A stretch of DNA of 64,000 nt, from contig LBYP01000002.1 of assembly GCA_000996245.1 (NCBI GenBank), forward strand, positions 5,352 to 69,351, in the 5' to 3' direction. The notes below the pieces were generated by a model that was given only the letters and a program-made list of their open reading frames with translations, did no database searches and was not told where the DNA came from. This DNA is from Parcubacteria group bacterium GW2011_GWA2_40_23. GTDB taxonomy: Bacteria; Patescibacteriota; Patescibacteriia; UBA11705; JABHMO01. The translations under genes and the position numbers were made by a program. Below are positions 26,842 through 35,315 of this stretch, one piece after another. The stretch's first letter is position 1, and every line of letters begins with the position of its first letter.

Positions 26842-26916
26842 TTGACTTTAAGCCCATATTTGTTATATTTAAATCATAAGGAATAAAACCAGGTCTAAAC
26901 GACCTGTATTTAATTT
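26842..26916 (+). promoter_or_regulatory. greA promoter plus leader hairpin with T-tract (possible attenuator)
   Basis: TTGACT (26842-26847), 16-nt spacer, TGtTATATT (hexamer 26864-26869), then CAGGTC-taaac-GACCTG (26890-26906) followed by TATTTAATTT, 10 nt before the greA ATG. Confidence 0.5.
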
Positions 26917-26925
26917 AGTAGTATT

Positions 26926-27390
26926 ATGTCAGCTCCAATTATTTTAACAGCCGAAGGACGAAGTAAGCTCGAGATAGAATTAAAAAATTTAAAAGAAGTT
27001 AGACGACCAGAAATTATCGAGAAAATTGAACAAGCTAAGGAATTGGGTGATCTTTCTGAAAATGCTGAATACCATGACGCTAAAGATCAACAGGGTCGCA
27101 TCGAATTGCGTATTCGTGAAATTGAAGAAATTTTTAGAAAAGCCATTGTTAGTGAGCAAACTAAAACTAAAGACAAAATTACTCTAGGCTCAAAGTTTAT
27201 TGTTAAAGACGCAGCAGGGAACAAAAAAGAGTTTTTCATAGTTGGTTTTAACGAAGCCGCACCCGCAGAAGGTAAGATTTCTATAGATTCTCCTATAGGG
27301 CAGGCCTTTATGAATGCTAAAAGGGGGGAGGAGGTAGAATTTATAGCGCCTCGTGGTAAAGTCGTTTATCAGGTTGTAGAAATATTGTAA
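26926..27390 (+). CDS. greA: Transcription elongation factor GreA
   Basis: 154 aa with conserved LSENAEYHDAKDQQ motif in the N-terminal coiled coil. Confidence 0.9.
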   Translation: MSAPIILTAEGRSKLEIELKNLKEVRRPEIIEKIEQAKELGDLSENAEYHDAKDQQGRIELRIREIEEIFRKAIVSEQTKTKDKITLGSKFIVKDAAGNKKEFFIVGFNEAAPAEGKISIDSPIGQAFMNAKRGEEVEFIAPRGKVVYQVVEIL

Positions 27391-27402
27391 GATCAAATAA
27401 GG

Positions 27403-27436
27403 GAGGCGCTTAGATCAAGCGCCTCTTTGCGTTTTT
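27403..27436 (+). terminator. greA terminator
   Basis: GAGGCGCT-N7-AGCGCCTC followed by TTTGCGTTTTT. Confidence 0.75.
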
Positions 27437-27469
27437 ACTTAAAATAAGCTATAATTTCACTATAAATAT

Positions 27470-28048
27470 ATGCAAACAGGAATATCTATTGCTGATGCGC
27501 GAGAACTCCTTAAAAAGTACATCAAGCAAACAAACACATTAAATCATTGCCGCGAATCAGAAGTTGTTATGGCAGCTTTGGCTGAACGCTTAGGCGAAGA
27601 TCAAGAATCATGGGCCATTGCAGGCTTATTACACGATTTAGATTGGGAATTGGTTCAAGATGATGTTAATGAACATGGTGTTAAAGTCCAAGAACTTTTG
27701 CGGTCCGAGGGTGTTTCCGAGGAATTGATTTCGGTCATTGTTTCTCATGTTGGCGGTTTAACTAGTCATTATCCAGAGAGTAAGCGAGAATCCAAGATTG
27801 AACACGCTCTCGCTGCAGGGGAAACTGTTACCGGCTTAATTTTCGCCTCAGCTTTGGTCAATCCAGAGAAAAAGTTTGAGTTCGTCAAAGTTAGTTCCTT
27901 GCGCAAAAAGATGAAGGACAAAGGCTTTGCGGCTAAGGTTAATCGTGATGTTATTATGGAATGTGAAAAGATTGGACTTACTATTGATGAGTTTTTAGAA
28001 ATTAGTTTAAAAGCGATGCAGGCGATTGCAAAGGAAATCGGATTATAA
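27470..28048 (+). CDS. HD-domain metal-dependent phosphohydrolase
   Basis: H...HD signature (NHCRESE ... AGLLHDLD), 192 aa. Confidence 0.7.
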   Translation: MQTGISIADARELLKKYIKQTNTLNHCRESEVVMAALAERLGEDQESWAIAGLLHDLDWELVQDDVNEHGVKVQELLRSEGVSEELISVIVSHVGGLTSHYPESKRESKIEHALAAGETVTGLIFASALVNPEKKFEFVKVSSLRKKMKDKGFAAKVNRDVIMECEKIGLTIDEFLEISLKAMQAIAKEIGL

Positions 28049-28062
28049 ATATAATTTGAAAT

Positions 28063-29547
28063 ATGTCTGAAACAACTGAAGAACAAATTCGTCTACAAAA
28101 ACTAAGTCAATTAGCTGATTTAGGCATGCAAGCCTATCCTGAGAAGTTTGATAAAAAACAATCATTAGCTGAATGTATTGAGTTGAAAGAGGGCAAAAAA
28201 GTTCAAACTGCTGGCCGTTTGATTATGTTTAGAGATATGGGCAAGCTAACCTTTGCTCATATCCAGGATTTTTCTGGCAAAATGCAAATTGCTTTCAAAC
28301 AAGACGATTTGGGCAAAGATAATTATAAGGCTTTGTTAAAGCTGATTGATTTGGGTGATTTTATCGGTGTAGAAGGGGAAACATTTGTTACTCATAAAGG
28401 TGAATTAACGATATTAGTTTCAAAATGGACTTTTTTAGGTAAGGCCTTACGTCCTTTACCAGAAAAATGGCATGGCTTAAAAGACAGGGAGGTCGCTTAT
28501 CGACAACGATATTTAGATCTTATTTCCAATCCCGAAGCGATGTCTAGATTCCAGTTCCGCAGCAATTTTGTTAAAGCTTTACGTGAATTTTATTGGTCCA
28601 AAGGTTTTTCTGAAGTAGAAACTCAAACCCTGTGCCATAAGGCAACTGGTGCGCACGCTCAGCCTTATAAGACACATAATAATGCACTTGATATGGATGT
28701 CTATTTGAGAATTTCGCATGAATTACCATTAAAAGAACTTATAGTCGGTGGATTTGAAAAAATATTCGAGCTTGGAAAAGCTTTTAGAAATGAAGGTCAT
28801 GATCCTTCTCATTTGCCAGAGCATACTCATCTTGAGCATTATTGCGCATATTGGAATTATGAGGATAATATGAAGTTTTTGGAGGAAATGTTTGATTATT
28901 TATTTGAAAAATTAAATTTACCAAAGAAGATTAAGATTAAAGATAAAGAGGGTAATGAACGTGATGTTGATTTTACCACACCATTTGAACGTATTAATTT
29001 TGTCGAATTGATAAAAAAGGATTCAGGTATTGATATTGCTGAAGTTAGAGACAGTAAGGAGCTTATTAAGCAAATTAAAGCAAAAAATATTAAGATCGAG
29101 GGTATGGACGAAATGGGCTATGCTACATTGGTTGATAATCTTTATAAAAAGGTTTCTAGACCTAAAATTACTGGCCCAGCCTTCCTTTATCATTATCCGA
29201 TAGAATTGCAGCCTTTAGCTCGTAGAAATGATGAAGACAAGAGTATCGTCGATCAATTCCAAATTGTTGTAAACGGTTGGGAGGTTGGTAAGGCTTATTC
29301 TGAGTTAGTTGATCCAATTGATCAGGAACAGCGCTTTGCTGAACAATCTAGTTTAAAAGAAACAGGGGATGATGAAACTATGGAAGGTGATCCAGAATAT
29401 ATTACTGCCATGAAAACTGGTATGCCACCAATTTCTGGTTGGGGCATGGGAGTTGATAGAATAATTACACTTTTGACAGGACAAGAAAATCTTCGCGATG
29501 TTGTACTCTTCCCCTTAATGAAACCAAAAGATGGAGAAGATGAATAA
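28063..29547 (+). CDS. lysS: Lysyl-tRNA synthetase, class II
   Basis: N-terminal OB anticodon-binding region, class II motifs (FRNEG, GWGMGVDR), 494 aa. Confidence 0.95.
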   Translation: MSETTEEQIRLQKLSQLADLGMQAYPEKFDKKQSLAECIELKEGKKVQTAGRLIMFRDMGKLTFAHIQDFSGKMQIAFKQDDLGKDNYKALLKLIDLGDFIGVEGETFVTHKGELTILVSKWTFLGKALRPLPEKWHGLKDREVAYRQRYLDLISNPEAMSRFQFRSNFVKALREFYWSKGFSEVETQTLCHKATGAHAQPYKTHNNALDMDVYLRISHELPLKELIVGGFEKIFELGKAFRNEGHDPSHLPEHTHLEHYCAYWNYEDNMKFLEEMFDYLFEKLNLPKKIKIKDKEGNERDVDFTTPFERINFVELIKKDSGIDIAEVRDSKELIKQIKAKNIKIEGMDEMGYATLVDNLYKKVSRPKITGPAFLYHYPIELQPLARRNDEDKSIVDQFQIVVNGWEVGKAYSELVDPIDQEQRFAEQSSLKETGDDETMEGDPEYITAMKTGMPPISGWGMGVDRIITLLTGQENLRDVVLFPLMKPKDGEDE

Positions 29548-29566
29548 ATAATGTGTTCACATTCTT

Positions 29567-29639
29567 GTCACCATGAGTTTACTTGCCCAGCACCCAAACG
29601 TAGTGAGTGGTGCTGGGCCGAAGGGTGACATTTTGTTTC
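29567..29639 (+). terminator. Compound hairpin terminator of lysS containing a family GC hairpin
   Basis: Outer stem GTCACC/GGTGAC encloses CCCAGCACC-N14-GGTGCTGGG (29586-29617), followed by ATTTTGTTT. Confidence 0.65.
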
Positions 29640-29640
29640 A

Positions 29641-29679
29641 CAAAATAAACAGCGAGAAATCATTTGAGACGTCCCGCTG
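29641..29679 (-). terminator. Terminator of island F
   Basis: Reverse strand CAGCGGGA-N13-TTCTCGCTG (8 bp including one G-U) followed by TTTATTTTG. Confidence 0.55.
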
Positions 29680-29686
29680 AGTTGGA

Positions 29687-29878
29687 CTAGGCGCGTTGCT
29701 TGACCTTGAGTTGCATGTACAAGGCGATAGGAAAGAAGATCAGCCCGAAGAGTCGGTAGATCAGGAAGTCGCCAGCAGGAACCCCTGAACGTAAGGTTGG
29801 ATCATCTCTGACGAGACTCGCAGCGAAATAACCCCAGAGCAAATTGAGCAGGACGACGGCTACTGCGATAGAAAGCAT
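29687..29878 (-). CDS. Island F: 63-aa GC-rich two-TM membrane peptide
   Basis: GGGGGAGG lies 5 nt before the ATG. Hydrophobic segments are SIAVAVVLLNLLWGYFAASLV and LIYRLFGLIFFPIALYM, with a basic C-terminus KVKQRA. Confidence 0.65.
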   Translation of the reverse strand: MLSIAVAVVLLNLLWGYFAASLVRDDPTLRSGVPAGDFLIYRLFGLIFFPIALYMQLKVKQRA

Positions 29879-29916
29879 TCAAGCCTCCCCCAAAAGATTT
29901 GCGCACCCGAAAGCAT

Positions 29917-29945
29917 ATATTAGTTTTATTATACCTGTTTGTCAA
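29917..29945 (-). promoter_or_regulatory. Sigma70-type promoter of island F
   Basis: Reverse strand TTGACA (29945-29940), 17-nt spacer aacaggtataataaaac, TAATAT (29922-29917). Confidence 0.7.
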
Positions 29946-30120
29946 TAATTTGAAAAAAACAGTGATTTGCTGTAAAATTATGTTGTTATATGATTTATAC
30001 ATTAATTAATCAAATAAAAATCTCCCCGGTGGGGGAATAACCTTGTCTCCTCAACGTTTGTGTTGCTGTAATTCTTCCATGATCCATGTCCTATGTATAA
30101 CTAAACAATTCTTAAAATAT

Positions 30121-31392
30121 ATGTTAGATATAAAATTTATCCGTGAAAATAAAGAGCTCCTGCAAACAGTCGCAGGTCAAAAGAATATTAAGGTCGACTT
30201 CGAAAAGCTTATTAAGCTTGACGATAAGCGTCGCACTTTGAATCAGAAAATTGACGAACTCAGGACTCAAAAGAATCAAACATCTAAAGAGATTCCACAA
30301 ATGTCATCCAAGGATAGAGAAATTGCCCTAGAAAAGATGAAAGTGGTCGATACGGAACAAGATAAGCTTGAAGAGCAATTAAAACCATTATTAATTGAAA
30401 TTAACGATTTGATGTTGCAAGTCCCCATGTATGTTCATAAAGATACACCTGTCGCGCTTGATGAAGGCGGCAATGTCTCAATTAAAGAGGTTGGAGAGAT
30501 TCGAAAATTTGATTTTACAATTAAAGATCATGTTCAACTTGGTAAAGACTTAGATATTATTGATGGCGAACGTGGTGTCAAAATTGGTGGATCTCGAGCT
30601 TATGTCCTAAAAGGTGATGGAGCACGACTTGAACAATCTCTTTTGAAATATGCTCAGGACTTCATTTCACGTAAAGGTTATACTTTAATGTATGTGCCAG
30701 TGATAGTCGATCGTTTCGCTTTGGAAGGCACCGGTTTTTTCCCTGGTTCAGAAGATCAAATTTATCATTTGGGAAAAGATGATAAGTATTTGGTCGGTAC
30801 GTCCGAAGTTGCTTTAGGCGCATATTATTCAAACGAGGTGTTAGATATTAAGAATATTCCGTGTAAAATGGCGGGGATTTCAACCTGTTTTAGACGCGAA
30901 GCTGGTACTTATGGTAAAGATACGTCTGGGGTTTATCGTGTCCACCAATTTAACAAAGTCGAACAATTTATTCTTTGTGAAGGTAGTGAAGAAAAAAGCC
31001 AAGCTATGTTTGATGAGTTAGCCAAGAATGTTGAAGAATTTTTAGCATCATTAAAACTGCCTTATAGAATATTGAATATCTGTACAGGCGACATGGGGCG
31101 TGGCAAATATCAAATGTATGATTTTGAATGTTGGATGCCAAGCAGAAAAAATTATGGAGAAACTCATTCTTGCTCAAATCTTCATGATTTCCAGGCGCGA
31201 CGACTTAATCTACGTTACAAAGACGCCGATGGTAAGATAAGTTATTGCCATACTCTGAATAATACTTTGGTCGCGACACCAAGAATACTTATTCCAATTC
31301 TTGAATTGAACCAAAATGAGGATGGCAGCATCAATATACCTGAAGTTTTACGACCATACATGGATAATCAAGAGAAAATAGTCAAAAAATAG
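30121..31392 (+). CDS. serS: Seryl-tRNA synthetase
   Basis: MLDIKFIRENKELL start, N-terminal coiled-coil arm, class II core (FRREAG, TLNNTLVATPR). The track's 26-codon N-terminal extension (30043) is Cys-rich nonsense. Confidence 0.95.
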   Translation: MLDIKFIRENKELLQTVAGQKNIKVDFEKLIKLDDKRRTLNQKIDELRTQKNQTSKEIPQMSSKDREIALEKMKVVDTEQDKLEEQLKPLLIEINDLMLQVPMYVHKDTPVALDEGGNVSIKEVGEIRKFDFTIKDHVQLGKDLDIIDGERGVKIGGSRAYVLKGDGARLEQSLLKYAQDFISRKGYTLMYVPVIVDRFALEGTGFFPGSEDQIYHLGKDDKYLVGTSEVALGAYYSNEVLDIKNIPCKMAGISTCFRREAGTYGKDTSGVYRVHQFNKVEQFILCEGSEEKSQAMFDELAKNVEEFLASLKLPYRILNICTGDMGRGKYQMYDFECWMPSRKNYGETHSCSNLHDFQARRLNLRYKDADGKISYCHTLNNTLVATPRILIPILELNQNEDGSINIPEVLRPYMDNQEKIVKK

Positions 31393-31402
31393 AGATCTAG
31401 AA

Positions 31403-31434
31403 GAAGCTCCGCAGTTGTGGGGCTTCTTTGTTTT
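31403..31434 (+). terminator. serS terminator
   Basis: GAAGCTCC-N8-GGGGCTTC followed by TTTGTTTT. Confidence 0.7.
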
Positions 31435-31467
31435 ATAAAACACCTAAAATCTGCTATAATTTAGCAT

Positions 31468-32601
31468 ATGAATAACGAAAAAACCTGGGTCGAAATTGAT
31501 CAAGGAAAAATTTTAAATAATTTCAGTCAATTCCGTAAAAGAGTGGGGAAGGGGGTTAAAATTGCTGCAGTTCTTAAGGCTAATGCATATGGTCATGGCC
31601 TTGAAAATGTAACTGAGATCCTTAAAAATAAAACTGATTATTTTGCAGTTGATTCGATTCGCGAAGCGTTGATAGTTAGAAAAATTTCTAAACTTCCAGT
31701 AGTTATTTTTGGTTATACTTCGGAAGGGGAGTATCCAAAACTGCTGAACAATAATTTTGAACAAACTATTTTTGATTTTTCTAATTTAAGCCAATTAAAC
31801 GTTGTGGCGAGTCGATTGCACAGGGTTGCACAAATTCATTTAGAAATTGAAACTGGTACTTCTCGTAATGGGATTTTATTGAAGGATTTGCCTATGTATC
31901 TTGGGTTCATAAAAAAGAACAAGTCCTTGAGTTTGGCAGGTTTGTTTACACATTTTGCCAATATTGAGGACACAACTAATCATGCATATGCAGAAAAGCA
32001 ATTAAAGATATATAAAGAGGCAGTTAAGTTGGTAAATGAATTTGGTTTTAAAGATTTTATTAAACATACGGCCTGCACGGCTGCGAGCATTCTCTTTGAT
32101 AAAACTTATTTTGATATGATACGTTTAGGTATTGGTCTTTATGGTATGTGGCCGTCAGAAGAAACAAAAATTAGTGCGCAGAACGATAGGATTGATCTTA
32201 AGTTGAAACCAGCATTAACCTGGAAAACAAGAATTGCACATATCAACGATTTACCAACAAAAACATATGTCAGTTATGGTTGTACTGAACGTTTAATGCG
32301 TGACAGTAAGGTTGCAGTCATCCCTGTGGGTTATTATGATGGCTTTGATAGAGGGCTCTCAAATATAGGTGAAGTCCTGGTTGGAGGCCTACGTTGCCCA
32401 GTTTTAGGTCGAATTTGTATGAATATGAGTATGATTGATGTTACTAACGTTAAAAACGTAAAGATTGATGATGAAGTTGTCCTTCTTGGCCGTCAAAAAC
32501 AAGAAGAAATCACAGCGGAAACAACGGCACAAAAAATAAATACGATTAATTACGAGGTTACGACGCGCATCAACCCCCTAATAAAGAGATTTACAATTTA
32601 A
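31468..32601 (+). CDS. alr: Alanine racemase
   Basis: PLP-lysine motif AVLKANAYGHG. TGcTATAAT (hexamer 31455-31460) lies exactly 7 nt before the ATG (leaderless style). Confidence 0.9.
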   Translation: MNNEKTWVEIDQGKILNNFSQFRKRVGKGVKIAAVLKANAYGHGLENVTEILKNKTDYFAVDSIREALIVRKISKLPVVIFGYTSEGEYPKLLNNNFEQTIFDFSNLSQLNVVASRLHRVAQIHLEIETGTSRNGILLKDLPMYLGFIKKNKSLSLAGLFTHFANIEDTTNHAYAEKQLKIYKEAVKLVNEFGFKDFIKHTACTAASILFDKTYFDMIRLGIGLYGMWPSEETKISAQNDRIDLKLKPALTWKTRIAHINDLPTKTYVSYGCTERLMRDSKVAVIPVGYYDGFDRGLSNIGEVLVGGLRCPVLGRICMNMSMIDVTNVKNVKIDDEVVLLGRQKQEEITAETTAQKINTINYEVTTRINPLIKRFTI

Positions 32602-32603
32602 AT

Positions 32604-33425
32604 ATGGGCATTAGCAGTAAATATCAACGTGATTATTCAAATGTCAGCTTCGATAATCCACGTTTATTAAAAAAGCGTGAAAATCGTAAGCTTTTTTTAG
32701 CGCGTACTATATCAATAATAAGCGGCGTTATTATAATTGCTTTATTTTACTTTATATTTTATTCAAGTTTTTTTAGAGTTACGACTTATGAAGTCAATGG
32801 CTTACAAAAGATAAAGCAGGAAAACATAGACAATATTATCAATAATTACTTGAATAAACGTAGGTTATTGATTTTTTCTCATCATAATTTTTGGTTGTTA
32901 GATAAGAATGGTTTAAAGACAGAAATCAATAAATATTATTATTTTGAGCAATTAGAAATAAAACGAAAGCTACCAAACCGATTGATTATCAATATCTCCG
33001 AAAAACAGCCTATGATTAATTGGGTTTCAAATGAATTGTGTTTTCACGTTGACTTGAGTGGAAATGCAATTGGTTATTGTGAAAATGATAGTGGATTAGT
33101 GACTATACGTGATTTACAACAAAAAGAAGTCAAAATTGGGTCATTGGTAGCCAGCCCAGAGACCTTAAACTACATCATTAATTTGCATCAGCAAGCCACG
33201 AATATATTAAAAGAGCGATATAAACCTCTTTATTATGAACTAAATGATAAGTTACTCACGGCACATAGTGATTCGGGTCCTGAGATTCGATATAATTTAG
33301 ATATTGCGATAGGGGAACAAGTGGGGCGATTAGATCTTGTCTGTAGGCAGAAAGAGGTTAAAGACAATTATCAAAATCTTAAGTATATTGATTTGCGCTT
33401 TGGAGAAAAAGTTTTCTATCAATAA
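32604..33425 (+). CDS. FtsQ/DivIB-like cell-division protein (TM + POTRA)
   Basis: N-terminal TM helix, then a YEVNGLQKIKQENI POTRA-like start; genomic context is cell-wall genes. Confidence 0.55.
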   Translation: MGISSKYQRDYSNVSFDNPRLLKKRENRKLFLARTISIISGVIIIALFYFIFYSSFFRVTTYEVNGLQKIKQENIDNIINNYLNKRRLLIFSHHNFWLLDKNGLKTEINKYYYFEQLEIKRKLPNRLIINISEKQPMINWVSNELCFHVDLSGNAIGYCENDSGLVTIRDLQQKEVKIGSLVASPETLNYIINLHQQATNILKERYKPLYYELNDKLLTAHSDSGPEIRYNLDIAIGEQVGRLDLVCRQKEVKDNYQNLKYIDLRFGEKVFYQ

Positions 33426-33553
33426 TAATTCTCTTAATTCCCCCTTGTTATATTTTACGACACTCAACATAGCGAGTATGAATAGTGGGCGATATTAAAT
33501 AATGCAGAAAGAACTGGTATTGCTAGACTTATTGATAGAGGAGCTAAAGACTA

Positions 33554-33583
33554 CCGCGAAAATTTTTTAAAAAATTTTGGCGG
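33554..33583. promoter_or_regulatory. 30-bp near-perfect palindrome 115 bp upstream of the xer gene (candidate dif-like/Xer or other protein binding site)
   Basis: CCGCGAAAATTTTTTAAAAAATTTTGGCGG; 14 of 15 mirrored positions are complementary. Confidence 0.35.
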
Positions 33584-33697
33584 CGTACCATCAGTAATTT
33601 GGTTTAAAAAGTCTTTTTAAATGATTATCCACACGCGCCGCTTGTTCTAAGCTTTAAAAGCCCTATACTTAGTATAGTACAACTCTTAATTAGCATT

Positions 33698-34678
33698 ATG
33701 CGACGTATGTATAATTCAGATAAGCCTATAATTAAACATATCCCCGACTTCCTCGACTACCTCGAGATTGAAAAAGGTCTGGGAAATAAAACGCAAGAAA
33801 ACTACGCGCGTTTTTTACATCGTTTCTCGGAATGGTTGCAGCAGAACAATCAAGAGAAGCTTCTCCCCCACGAATTAAGCCCGGAGCTCGTTTGGGCTTA
33901 TCGTGTATATTTGTCGCGCGAAACAAAATCTAGAAGAAAGAACGAGGACTTTTTGAAAAAATCAACCCAGAATTATTATTTGATTGCCTTGCGCGGATTA
34001 TTGAATTTTTTCACAGAAAGAGATATTAATGCGATTCCTGGTGAAAAAGTTAAACTGGCTAAAAACTTAAAGGAACATAGCATTCATTTTTTAAATCTTG
34101 ATCAAATTAAACAATTATTAGAAGCTCCTGATATTAAACATACTCCTGGTTTAAGAGATCGAGCCATTCTCGAAAGCCTCTTTTCAACTGGATTACGCGT
34201 AGCTGAGCTGGCTAAATTAAATCGAGAAGATTTTAAAGTAAAAGATGGTGTTGTTTTTTTAGAACTTAATGTCATGGGTAAAGGAAGTCATCCTCGAGTA
34301 GTTTATTTTTCCGAGCGAGCTTTAAACTGGATAAAAGCATATTTAGCAAAGCGTGCAGATATTGACCCTGCCCTCTTTATTAATTATAAGCCAGGAAAAA
34401 ATGAAGTTAATGATCGGCGTTTAACGGTTCGTTCGATTGAAGTAATTGTAAAAAAATATGTAAAAATAGCCGGACTACCACTAACAACAACTCCACATAC
34501 GTTGCGACATTCATATGCCACGGACTTGTTGACACAGGGTGTCGATTTGAGGCTTGTTCAGGAGTTTTTGGGTCATCGAAGTATTTCGACGACTCAAATA
34601 TATACTCACGTGACTAACAAGAATCTGCGTGATGTTTACTTGAAATATCATAGTGGCGCACAAGATAAAAAATATTAA
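33698..34678 (+). CDS. Tyrosine site-specific recombinase, XerC/XerD family
   Basis: C-terminal catalytic motifs HTLRHSYATDLL and LGHRSISTTQIYTHV; N-terminal SAM-like domain. Confidence 0.85.
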   Translation: MRRMYNSDKPIIKHIPDFLDYLEIEKGLGNKTQENYARFLHRFSEWLQQNNQEKLLPHELSPELVWAYRVYLSRETKSRRKNEDFLKKSTQNYYLIALRGLLNFFTERDINAIPGEKVKLAKNLKEHSIHFLNLDQIKQLLEAPDIKHTPGLRDRAILESLFSTGLRVAELAKLNREDFKVKDGVVFLELNVMGKGSHPRVVYFSERALNWIKAYLAKRADIDPALFINYKPGKNEVNDRRLTVRSIEVIVKKYVKIAGLPLTTTPHTLRHSYATDLLTQGVDLRLVQEFLGHRSISTTQIYTHVTNKNLRDVYLKYHSGAQDKKY

Positions 34679-34689
34679 TTTATATTTTT

Positions 34690-34959
34690 ATGATGAGAAA
34701 ATTTTGGCAAATTATGGGAGGAACTTATCTCTTCTTATTCAAAAGAAGAAAAGTGATTTTGGGTCTAGTTATTACTGTTTTGGTTGTTGGTCAGCTTTTT
34801 TTGTTAATTTGGTTGGTTGTGGGACAAGTTAAAATTAAAAAAGACATGAAGAAAAATCAGGACGCGGTCGTAAAGCTTCTCAATAAAACCTATAGTCAAG
34901 CTTGGCAGTTAAATACCAAGTTTAATCAAAGAGAAGCTGCAGCCAACCCCAAAAAATGA
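34690..34959 (+). CDS. Small single-TM protein (89 aa)
   Basis: One hydrophobic helix (ILGLVITVLVVGQLFLLIWLVV) plus a polar tail; upstream of the giant surface protein. Confidence 0.5.
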   Translation: MMRKFWQIMGGTYLFLFKRRKVILGLVITVLVVGQLFLLIWLVVGQVKIKKDMKKNQDAVVKLLNKTYSQAWQLNTKFNQREAAANPKK

Positions 34960-35069
34960 TATCCACTACTTAATAGATGTAATTTTGAAGATATTTTGCT
35001 ATAATTTAAGTGTCAAACAGACAATGACGTTGATATATTTTAAATATTGTAAATTAAATTTATAAAGCT

Positions 35070-35315
35070 ATGTCAAAACTAGTTGATTTTTTGAAGTTTC
35101 CGTGGCTAATTAGAAGCATACGTGAAATAAAAATTTTGTATTTAATTGTTTTTGTGATGTTGGCGGTACAAACAATTTTGTCCGCTCTTTTATTTATGCG
35201 TCTCGAGAAGCTTGATAATAGCTTTATCGATTACCGCGAAACATCCATGAAACGAATTAACCAGATTTACGGTCAGGTCTATTCCCTATCGTCGAGAATT
35301 GAAAATAAAAAATAA
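35070..35315 (+). CDS. Small single-TM protein (81 aa), same architecture as 34690-34959
   Basis: One TM helix plus a short helical tail. The stop overlaps the next ATG (TAATG). Confidence 0.5.
   Translation: MSKLVDFLKFPWLIRSIREIKILYLIVFVMLAVQTILSALLFMRLEKLDNSFIDYRETSMKRINQIYGQVYSLSSRIENKK

Noticed and set aside
29802-30120. ORF 29802-30002(-) and the 26-codon extension of serS (30043)
   Set aside because: The first overlaps the island F coding start, leader and promoter in another frame. The second precedes the conserved MLDIKFIREN SerRS N-terminus and is Cys-rich nonsense.
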